From NCBI GenBank assembly GCA_013288655.1, contig JABDBK010000002.1, positions 2,390 through 66,389 on the forward strand: DNA of 64,000 nt, written 5' to 3'. This document shows, piece after piece, positions 9,757 to 17,450 of this stretch. The position numbers and the translations under genes were made by a program. The notes below the pieces were generated by a model that had not been told where the DNA came from, did not search any database, and saw only the letters and a program-made list of their open reading frames with translations. Source of the DNA: Gammaproteobacteria bacterium (GTDB lineage: Bacteria > Pseudomonadota > Gammaproteobacteria > DSM-16500). The first letter of the stretch is position 1. Each line of letters starts with the position of its first letter.

Positions 9757-10091
9757 TCGGTTTGACCTCCAAGCTCAACTCGAAACTGAATATTTTTTTT
9801 CTCTGACTCTGTTCCTGAATTAATAAATTCTATTTTTTGAACTGTCTTTTTCAAGCTTGCTTCTAGAGCTGATTTGACAGTATCTTTTACACCGTCTGGA
9901 ATAGGATAAGCATAAGGTACATGTAAATAAAATAAAACAAACTGATCCTCTTGAGATAACAATTTCATCACAATATGATGCTCACCAGAGGTCACTCCAT
10001 ACTTATCATCGTGATAAGCAACAAATTTACCTTCGAGCAAAAGTTTTCCTAATTGCTCATCAGGCATCTTAATATGAATGATAGCACCCAT
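9753..10091 (-). CDS. Hypothetical ~112-aa protein
   Basis: ORF with a GGAG Shine-Dalgarno 7 nt upstream of the internal ATG at 10091 (MGAIIHIK...). No family recognised. Confidence 0.45.
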   Translation of the reverse strand: MGAIIHIKMPDEQLGKLLLEGKFVAYHDDKYGVTSGEHHIVMKLLSQEDQFVLFYLHVPYAYPIPDGVKDTVKSALEASLKKTVQKIEFINSGTESEKKNIQFRVELGGQTE

Positions 10092-10147
10092 TTTTTCTCC
10101 GACACACTTACATAACACTATTATATGAAATTTAACTTAAAATACCC

Positions 10148-10927
10148 TTAAGACATCTCAGTATCATAATGAACAAGCAAGGGTGCATGATCGGAAAAAC
10201 GTTGGTCCTTGTATATACTAACTGATTTTATTTTTTCTTTTAACCCTGAAGTGACAACTTGATAATCAATACGCCATCCTACATTTTTTGCCCAAGCCTG
10301 GCCTCGACTTGACCACCAAGTATATTGGTCTGCTTCTTTATTGATTTCACGAAAAGCATCCACAAATCCAAGTGTACCAAATAATTCATCCATCCACGCA
10401 CGTTCTTCTGGCAAAAAGCCCGAATGCTTTTGATTGCCGCGCCAATTTTTTAAATCAATTTTTTGATGAGCAATATTCCAATCGCCGCAAATGATATAAT
10501 CATGCGGCTGCAAAATTATTTGTTTTAAATATTCTGCATAACGTTTTAGAAAATCAAATTTAATGGTTTGTCTATGTTCGCCACTCGTTCCTGAGGGTAA
10601 ATAAACTGAGGCAATTCGGATTTTTCCAAAATCGGCTTCAATATAACGACCTTCCTGATCTGCTTCAAGCCATCCTAAACCCGTTTTAACATATGTTGGT
10701 TTTTGTTTTGAATAAATGCCTACACCACTATAACCCTTTTTTTCAGCGCAATGAAAATAAGCATAATATCCTTCTGGCTGAAAAATGGATTTCATTAAAT
10801 CAGCATGTTGTGCTTTCAATTCTTGCAAACAAACCACATCAGCATTTTGCTTTAACATCCATTCAAAAAATCCTTTTTTAGCTGCAGCACGAATCCCGTT
10901 AAGATTAATGGAAATGACATTAACCAT
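10148..10927 (-). CDS. xthA: Exodeoxyribonuclease III
   Basis: VISINLNGIRAA..., DVVCLQELK and SDHAPL motifs of the ExoIII/AP endonuclease (EEP) family. Confidence 0.9.
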   Translation of the reverse strand: MVNVISINLNGIRAAAKKGFFEWMLKQNADVVCLQELKAQHADLMKSIFQPEGYYAYFHCAEKKGYSGVGIYSKQKPTYVKTGLGWLEADQEGRYIEADFGKIRIASVYLPSGTSGEHRQTIKFDFLKRYAEYLKQIILQPHDYIICGDWNIAHQKIDLKNWRGNQKHSGFLPEERAWMDELFGTLGFVDAFREINKEADQYTWWSSRGQAWAKNVGWRIDYQVVTSGLKEKIKSVSIYKDQRFSDHAPLLVHYDTEMS

Positions 10928-10928
10928 A

Positions 10929-12323
10929 TCAATGAGACCCTAATAATTTTTGCAAAAATTTACCTGCTTTTTCGGGTATTTTCCCTTTTTCAATCCTTTC
11001 TTGTAGTTGTGTTTTAACTTTTTCTATCTGTTGTTTTGCTATCTGCTTGGTAAGCATATCAGCATCTAAGCCAATTTGCGGTGTTTTTAAACTACCCGCA
11101 AGCCGAATAGGAATAGCTAATCCATTTTGATTCAACGATGTTCGTAAATGATAATCTATAGTTTGATTCACCAGATCCATAGTACCTTGACCTTTTGTAG
11201 CAAAATCAGTGGAACTCATCACCAAATCATGATTGCTTACAACACCTCCATGAATCACAAAGCTGCCTTTTAATTCATTAAAATTTGTTTGATGGGTATT
11301 GCTAATTGCATTGTCTTTTTTTGTTAATCGAGCCCTGGCACTAGAAATCAGATAATTAATATCAATCCCCTGCAAAACACCCTTATCAAAACTAAAATGC
11401 CCTTGACCATTCAAATTTTTCAACATGGCCTGTTTACCATCCCCTAAAGTGGTAACTTTCATATCTATATTACCATAACCTGCCAATGTTAATTTTTGAT
11501 CATGTGATAAATCTTGCATCAATGCTGCTACATTAAAGTGATTCAGGTTTGCTGTGATTGCAATCTGAGGCATGGCAGTATGTAAATCGATATGAATATC
11601 ACCATCCCATTTTCCTTGATAAAAAGATGCGCTAATTGGCTTTAATGATAGAACACCTTGTTGATAACGCATAGGAACCGTTACATTTGTCACTTTCACA
11701 TGATTTGCAACAAGTTCATGGATAACAAATTTACCTTCACCTGTTTGTTTGGCCATGTCTGCCATCACATCACCTGTAAAGGTGGCATTAATAGATTGTT
11801 TGTTTTGTTCATCTGTCCACGTCACTTCAGAATTACTGATATTTAATCCTAATATAGCAACCATAAGCAAAGAGGGTTTAGCGTGCACTTCTGAAGGTGA
11901 AGCACTTGATGTTTTCGTATTTTTTTCTTGAAAATTCCAATTCACTTTTCCTTGACTGTTTTTTATTAAATGTAACTTCAGTCCATTCAGTTTGATACCA
12001 TTGGATTCGATTTTTTTATGCAACAATGGCATTAATTTAATACTGACTGTCAGGTCCTTAACTTCAGCAAAAATACCTTGATCGAATCCCTCTGGGTTTT
12101 TGAGTACAATATGGCCCGTTTTCACTCCAATAGCGGGAAAGATAGTCCATGATAAATCACTATCGATGATAAGTTGCCGACCTGTATAGTGTTTTATTTT
12201 TTCAGCAAGCAATGGTTTGAATCGATTCGGATTAACAAATGTGGCTAGAGAAATAACCAAAAAAATGGCTAATAACAGTACCATCCCGACTAATATTCCA
12301 ATCCATTTAATTGTCTTTTTCAT
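10929..12323 (-). CDS. AsmA-family outer-membrane assembly protein
   Basis: N-terminal TM followed by NPNRFKPLLAEKIKHYTGRQLIIDSDLSWTIFP...LKNPEGF, the typical AsmA N-terminal signature. Confidence 0.7.
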   Translation of the reverse strand: MKKTIKWIGILVGMVLLLAIFLVISLATFVNPNRFKPLLAEKIKHYTGRQLIIDSDLSWTIFPAIGVKTGHIVLKNPEGFDQGIFAEVKDLTVSIKLMPLLHKKIESNGIKLNGLKLHLIKNSQGKVNWNFQEKNTKTSSASPSEVHAKPSLLMVAILGLNISNSEVTWTDEQNKQSINATFTGDVMADMAKQTGEGKFVIHELVANHVKVTNVTVPMRYQQGVLSLKPISASFYQGKWDGDIHIDLHTAMPQIAITANLNHFNVAALMQDLSHDQKLTLAGYGNIDMKVTTLGDGKQAMLKNLNGQGHFSFDKGVLQGIDINYLISSARARLTKKDNAISNTHQTNFNELKGSFVIHGGVVSNHDLVMSSTDFATKGQGTMDLVNQTIDYHLRTSLNQNGLAIPIRLAGSLKTPQIGLDADMLTKQIAKQQIEKVKTQLQERIEKGKIPEKAGKFLQKLLGSH

Positions 12324-12344
12324 AATGCACCTGCATGAATTCTA

Positions 12345-12415
12345 AGCGGGTGATGGGAATCGAACCCACGCTAAGAGCTTGGGAAGCTCCCGTTCTACCA
12401 TTGAACTACACCCGC
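12345..12415 (-). tRNA. tRNA-Gly (anticodon CCC)
   Basis: The reverse complement GCGGGTGTAGTTCAATGGTAGAACGGGAGCTTCCCAAGCTCTTAGCGTGGGTTCGATTCCCATCACCCGCT folds as a cloverleaf by hand. It has a 7-bp acceptor stem, TTCGATT T-loop and anticodon loop TTCCCAA. CCA is not encoded. Confidence 0.9.
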
Positions 12416-12433
12416 ACGGGGTGAGATATAAAT

Positions 12434-12459
12434 GCGGGCAAAAACAAAGCTTTGCCCGC
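12434..12459 (-). terminator. Hairpin gcgggcaaa/tttgcccgc downstream of the protease gene
   Basis: 9-bp GC-rich stem read from the sequence, 8 nt after the protease stop, followed on the minus strand by an AT-rich stretch. Confidence 0.5.
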
Positions 12460-12466
12460 GTGCACA

Positions 12467-14062
12467 TTAACATTTACTATAATTAACTTCAACTGTATCA
12501 AATGCCTTTTTCACTGCGCTCACATCATAACCATAATCATTCGTTGCTTTTAAAACACCGCAAGCCGCTTCATTCCAGGTGGTATTGGGTGTCCAATAAT
12601 GTTGCGCTTGAACCATGATATCAAATGCTTTTTTCGTATCCCAACCCGCTGATACTCCGACGAGATAGAACACTCGATTGAAAACACCGCTACTATAGTG
12701 AACATCCAAACTGGAAGTATATTGACTCGCTTTGTCAATGGAGCACCAATTACCAGGCTTTCTACCGCCGCAATCTTTGCTTGGCTGATCCATGTAACGT
12801 AACGCACCATCTGTTTTGAAAATTTCAGGGCCAATTTGCCAACTGTTTATACCTGTGCTGTAAAATTCTGCTGCCTGGGCTGCCATATCTGAGAAAGCTT
12901 CATTCAAGCCGCCTGATTGCGCATAATACGCTAAACCAGAATGCTGCTCAGTAAAGCCGTGACTGACTTCATGCGCACCTACGCCGAGTGAAACGAGTGG
13001 ATAAAACATAGAACCACCGTCACCAAATGTCATTTGGGTTCCATCCCAATAAGCATTTTCCATGTTTTCATGCACGCGCATGTTCAACATCATGGGCTTA
13101 CCACTGGAATCAACGAGTGCTGGCACATTATACCATTTCATGTACATATCCTGGATCACTCGACCCGCATAGAGAGCATCATTACCGGGTGAAAACGCAC
13201 CATTTACATTATCAAAATCAGCACTCCACCAAATATTATCATGCTTAGGGTCTGTTGCTGAACATGGGTAAGTGGAAACTTGATCATGCTTACGTCTATC
13301 TTTTACTGTCACATCAGCATTTTTTAGCGAACAAACTTGCTTATTTACATCTCTATCTATATTCAACTTTGGTAAATTGCCAGACAAACCATCAAAAATT
13401 TGTTTACCCATTTTTGAATTGCCGCCGAAACCACCGCCTAATGCATCGCTTACGGTTTGAATATTGTCCCATTGCTGATAAACATCAAAAGTTGCTGCAT
13501 CCATAATATAAGTGGGTTTAGCAGGCAAGCCATGATCAGGATGAACGACAAAATCAGCTAAATACGCCCAATGTGCTTTATTTTCTGCATCAACATACAC
13601 TATTAAATGAGCACTTCCTTTTTCAATAACAGAAAATGCTTTATGGGTTTTTTTATAATTTGTTATAACATGATCTAACACTGTATCGTGATCCAGCAAT
13701 GGCTTTGGGCCTAAATCTTTATTCAAATCCTGGTACACCATTCCATTCATACTTGAATGTTGATTTGCAATCATAGCACGCATGCTGGTAGTATTTCCCC
13801 CTTTAGGAATATGTACAACGACATCACCGCCCCATACTGGAACACCTGCATAGGTTTGCTTTAAACGAACATGGGTTGTTTTATTAAAATCGGTTGAACG
13901 ACTGACTTGACTCAACTGACTTGCGTTGGGTGTTAAACTTGTTGCAAATACATTTAATAGTGAAACAGGCTGGTGCTTTAAATCAACGGGTGTTGCAGCA
14001 AACGCTCCGGTCATGCAAGCTGATGCGATGATGCCTAATATAAATAAATTAGTTTTTTTCAT
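12467..14062 (-). CDS. Secreted thermolysin-family (M4) zinc metalloprotease
   Basis: Signal peptide. HEVSH zinc motif plus the downstream GLNEAFSD glutamate (HExxH...E of thermolysin-like proteases). Size and architecture resemble Legionella ProA/Msp. Confidence 0.9.
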   Translation of the reverse strand: MKKTNLFILGIIASACMTGAFAATPVDLKHQPVSLLNVFATSLTPNASQLSQVSRSTDFNKTTHVRLKQTYAGVPVWGGDVVVHIPKGGNTTSMRAMIANQHSSMNGMVYQDLNKDLGPKPLLDHDTVLDHVITNYKKTHKAFSVIEKGSAHLIVYVDAENKAHWAYLADFVVHPDHGLPAKPTYIMDAATFDVYQQWDNIQTVSDALGGGFGGNSKMGKQIFDGLSGNLPKLNIDRDVNKQVCSLKNADVTVKDRRKHDQVSTYPCSATDPKHDNIWWSADFDNVNGAFSPGNDALYAGRVIQDMYMKWYNVPALVDSSGKPMMLNMRVHENMENAYWDGTQMTFGDGGSMFYPLVSLGVGAHEVSHGFTEQHSGLAYYAQSGGLNEAFSDMAAQAAEFYSTGINSWQIGPEIFKTDGALRYMDQPSKDCGGRKPGNWCSIDKASQYTSSLDVHYSSGVFNRVFYLVGVSAGWDTKKAFDIMVQAQHYWTPNTTWNEAACGVLKATNDYGYDVSAVKKAFDTVEVNYSKC

Positions 14063-14154
14063 GACTTCTCTCTCCTTGTGAATTTGTCCTAATACGGATA
14101 AATTATTGCATTATATTTTTATAAATTACAATGAGATTATGATGTGAGACAAGC

Positions 14155-14466
14155 ATGTTTAAAATTATCTTCTATACACCAGAAAGTCACCTTGAAATAG
14201 TAAAAAATGCAATGTTTGCAGCAGGTGCTGGCAAGATTGGAAATTATAGCCATTGCGCCTGGCAAACTTTAGGCGAAGGACAATTTCTACCGCTGACAGA
14301 CAGTCATGCCTATATAGGCGAGCAAGGAAAATTGGAAAAAGTCCAAGAATACAAAGTTGAAATGATATCTGATCCGACTCATATACAACAGGTCATTGAA
14401 GCATTAAAATCGACGCACCCTTATGAACAACCCGCTTATTTTGTTTTACGCATGGAAAATATCTAA
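14155..14466 (+). CDS. Small NIF3/YqfO-related (PII-like fold) protein
   Basis: The 103-aa protein beginning MFKIIFYTPESHLEIVKNAMFAAGAGKIGNYSHCAW resembles stand-alone NIF3-insert-domain proteins. Called from memory of the family only. Confidence 0.5.
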   Translation: MFKIIFYTPESHLEIVKNAMFAAGAGKIGNYSHCAWQTLGEGQFLPLTDSHAYIGEQGKLEKVQEYKVEMISDPTHIQQVIEALKSTHPYEQPAYFVLRMENI

Positions 14467-15857
14467 TGCAGACTTTTTTATTTTATGATCTTGAAACCAC
14501 TGGATTAAGCAAAGCTTTTGATCAAGTTTTGCAATTTGCAGCGATTCGCACTGACAAAAATTTACATGAAATAGAACGTTATGAATTAAAAGTTAAACTT
14601 AATCCTGATGTGATACCCTCACCGCACGCTCTTATCACGCATCATATAGGCATCCATGATGCTGCATCAGGTATATCTGAGTACGATGCCATTCGACAAA
14701 TTCATCGCTGGATGAATCAACCAGGAACGATCAGCCTTGGTTATAATACCTTAGGTTTTGACGATGAATTTCTACGATTTTCATTTTTTAGAAATTTATT
14801 GCCGCCTTACACGCACCAATATGCGAATAACTGTGGCCGCATGGATTTATATCCTATGACCATCATGTATTATTTATTTAAAAATCATTTGATCCGGTGG
14901 CCGACTATTGAAGATAAAATTTCCCTCAAGCTTGAATTACTCAATCATGCAAATGCCTTAGCCGCAGGACGTGCGCATGATGCCATGGTCGATGTGGAAG
15001 CAACATTGCAACTCGCCAAGTATTTTCACAAAGAGAACGAAATGTGGAACTATCTTGCGGGTCATTTTAATAAAACGATAGATAATCAACGCGCCGAGCT
15101 TTTACAAAAAAACATGGCTTTGTTATTCGAAGGATTTTTGGGTGCCGAAAACAAATACCATTGTCCCGTATTATTCATAGGACAGCATAGGCATTATAAA
15201 AATCAAAGCTTGTGGCTGCGCTTAGATATGGAATCTTTGCCAGAAACGACTCAAGAAACACTCACTGAAACTACACGTATGCTGAATAAAAAACCCGGTG
15301 AGCCAGGATTTGTGCTGCCGATGAAAGAAAGATTCTTACAACATCTTACATCCGAGCGCTTAAAACTTGCAGAATATAATCATAAGTGGTTAGAAAAAAA
15401 TCCTGGGGTTTTACATGCTATCACAGAACATTATCTCGAATATAAACATCCTGTCTATCCCAATACAGATGTGGACGCTAGCTTGTATTTAACAGGCTTC
15501 AAGAACCCAGTCGAAGAACGTTTTTGCCAAAATTTTCATGCAGCAAATCCAAAAGAAAAGGCTAACATGGTAGAAAAAATACAAAATCCTGCCATAAGAA
15601 CACAAGCCATACGCATACTAGGCAGGCATTTTCCAGAGGTTCTTACGTCAAAACAAGCTGAAGAATTTAATCTTTATATGGCTAAAATCCATCCGGAAGA
15701 AGAAGATGCCATGATAGATTTTCAAAATAAAAAGCGTTTAACACCGCAAACAGCACTGCAACAAATTGATGAGATACGAAAAAGCAAAATCTTGAGTGAA
15801 GAGCAGCAGGGATTATTGACAAATTTGGAGCATTACTTGAAACGATTCAAATCATAA
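14466..15857 (+). CDS. sbcB: Exodeoxyribonuclease I
   Basis: [15 protein letters not shown] exonuclease motif, [14 protein letters not shown] and HDAMVDV motifs; length ~463 aa. Confidence 0.9.
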   Translation: MQTFLFYDLETTGLSKAFDQVLQFAAIRTDKNLHEIERYELKVKLNPDVIPSPHALITHHIGIHDAASGISEYDAIRQIHRWMNQPGTISLGYNTLGFDDEFLRFSFFRNLLPPYTHQYANNCGRMDLYPMTIMYYLFKNHLIRWPTIEDKISLKLELLNHANALAAGRAHDAMVDVEATLQLAKYFHKENEMWNYLAGHFNKTIDNQRAELLQKNMALLFEGFLGAENKYHCPVLFIGQHRHYKNQSLWLRLDMESLPETTQETLTETTRMLNKKPGEPGFVLPMKERFLQHLTSERLKLAEYNHKWLEKNPGVLHAITEHYLEYKHPVYPNTDVDASLYLTGFKNPVEERFCQNFHAANPKEKANMVEKIQNPAIRTQAIRILGRHFPEVLTSKQAEEFNLYMAKIHPEEEDAMIDFQNKKRLTPQTALQQIDEIRKSKILSEEQQGLLTNLEHYLKRFKS

Positions 15858-16175
15858 ATCAAGTTGTATCTTAATAGCTCGTTCTATTTCTAACATATTT
15901 TGTTCGGATATTTTTCCTATTTTTGTCTTTAGCCTTAGTTTACTAACAGTTGCCAATTGATCTGCCATTGCTTTACTGATTTTCCCATTCACTTCTATGT
16001 AAGCTTCGCATGGGAAACACTTAGCAGTATTACTCGTTGTAGGCACAACTTGCACTCGATTGAGCACTTTGTTAGCTGCATCATTACTAACGATGACTGC
16101 AGGTCTTACTTTTTGTATTTCTCCACCCACTGAAGGATTAAAGTCTATCCACCACACATCACCTCTCCGCATCAT
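15852..16175 (-). CDS. mazF: MazF/PemK-family endoribonuclease toxin
   Basis: [29 protein letters not shown] is the canonical PemK/MazF N-terminal motif. Confidence 0.85.
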   Translation of the reverse strand: MMRRGDVWWIDFNPSVGGEIQKVRPAVIVSNDAANKVLNRVQVVPTTSNTAKCFPCEAYIEVNGKISKAMADQLATVSKLRLKTKIGKISEQNMLEIERAIKIQLDL

Positions 16176-16389
16176 TCACATCTCCAATGACACCTTCACT
16201 CCAATCGTCTGCTTCCCGCTCTCTCTTCTCGTCCAAAGCCATTTCTTGATACGCCAATGTCAAATCTTGATGGATAACATGCGGTTTTACTAAGTTTTCA
16301 ATAAATTGACTGATTTTGCCTTCGCCAATCGTGGCATAAAGACCTTCATACACTTTTTCATCAATACTAATAGTAAGTTTTTTATGCAT
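16159..16389 (-). CDS. Cognate antitoxin (MazE/PemI-like)
   Basis: Small ORF overlapping the toxin start by 17 nt. The motif [18 protein letters not shown]...[13 protein letters not shown] is typical of antitoxins paired with PemK toxins. The internal ATG 16389 is preferred. Confidence 0.7.
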   Translation of the reverse strand: MHKKLTISIDEKVYEGLYATIGEGKISQFIENLVKPHVIHQDLTLAYQEMALDEKREREADDWSEGVIGDVNDAER

Positions 16390-16406
16390 AATCAATACCC
16401 TCAAAT

Positions 16407-16425
16407 ATACGTATTGTATACGTAT
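16407..16425 (-). promoter_or_regulatory. Two palindromic ATACGTAT boxes, 11 bp start-to-start; candidate antitoxin operator
   Basis: Read directly: boxes at 16407-16414 and 16418-16425, immediately upstream of the antitoxin start. Confidence 0.4.
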
Positions 16426-16605
16426 CATTATGGTGCATCGAACCTATTTTGTCAACAGCAAAATTACTGTCTTATTCATAAAAATGCTATCTTATCAACA
16501 AATTCCAGAGGTTCTTACCCTAATGTGTTTATCGATTTAAAATACTTATCAATTTATAACAAAAACGCTATGATATCGCTTTAAAAATAAATGAGGATAT
16601 AAATA

Positions 16606-17064
16606 ATGTTCAGAACATTTACTAAAGAATGCTTACACAATACTTTCCGAGCGGCAAAAAGCGTAACACAAAATGCGGCCAAATCATCTTATGCTAGATC
16701 ATTTTTTTCAAAGATCTCTGAAGAAGATCTAGAATATCTAAAAGGCTGCAGAAAAAGAATGCGTATTGGTGCTGAGCTGGGTGTTTATGGCTCTTTGCCA
16801 GTGTCAGCATTCCTAATTTCAGATGCATCTAAGTGCGGCGAGCTTAAAGAAGGTATTGCATTGACAACAGGCTTGGTTCTTGCTTACACAAGCTTATGCG
16901 CGTTCATAGGAGGTTTACCTTTAACTTTCGCGGTAACTATGCCAGCAGCATCGTTGCTTGTAATAACAAAGGCAATATTATTCCCAAACTCCAAGGCCAA
17001 AGAAGAAATAACTTCTGGAGAAGATGCGGAAACGCAACAAAAAAATTCCCCAGCAGGTCCTTAA
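16606..17064 (+). CDS. Hypothetical membrane protein (152 aa)
   Basis: AGGA Shine-Dalgarno upstream. Two or three hydrophobic segments in the C-terminal half, and a Glu-rich tail. No family recognised. Confidence 0.5.
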   Translation: MFRTFTKECLHNTFRAAKSVTQNAAKSSYARSFFSKISEEDLEYLKGCRKRMRIGAELGVYGSLPVSAFLISDASKCGELKEGIALTTGLVLAYTSLCAFIGGLPLTFAVTMPAASLLVITKAILFPNSKAKEEITSGEDAETQQKNSPAGP

Positions 17065-17068
17065 AAAA

Positions 17069-17367
17069 TTAGTAGGGTGGGCAGAGCGCAGTCTTATCAT
17101 TACCCACAAAATTTTCGAGCGCTCAACCGCTGTCATGCCAGCATGCTTTTAGCTGGCATCCAGAGAGATAGGTTAGATTGTTGCAGGTTTTTATTCACTT
17201 ATGTTGCACGACGCTGGCATGAAAAAAACGCGGCATCCACTCCTGGATGCCAGCTAAAAGCATGCTGGCATGACAGAAGTGAGATTTATAAAGTGTGTTG
17301 ACACAACAGAAGTAGTCATTTGAAGATTTGTGGGTAATGCGAAGAGCGCAGTGTGCCCACCAACCTA
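17069..17367. repeat. Nested palindromic composite element (MITE/REP-like)
   Basis: Inner 34-bp perfect inverted repeat at 17130-17163 and 17243-17276, verified base by base; each arm also contains an 8-bp internal hairpin. Outer imperfect inverted repeat of GTGGG...CCCAC hairpin units at 17072-17110 and 17327-17367. Confidence 0.75.
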
Positions 17368-17450
17368 ACTACATTTTTAGGAACAGAAAGATTTTCATCA
17401 ATAAATATGCTATCTTACTGATGAATTAAGGAATCAATCACAGGCTTCTC

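Noticed and set aside
15631-16518. Exact 16-mer ttccagaggttcttac present at 15631-15646 (inside sbcB) and 16503-16518, flanking the mazEF cassette like a target-site duplication
   Set aside because: No similarity extends beyond the 16 nt on either side. One or more exact 16-mer pairs are roughly what chance predicts in 64 kb of AT-biased sequence on two strands. The first copy also lies well inside the sbcB coding sequence.
17077-17301. 74-aa ORF in the six-frame track
   Set aside because: It lies entirely within the nested palindromic repeat element. Its 'protein' is just the translation of the inverted-repeat arms, and it has no Shine-Dalgarno. I treat it as spurious.
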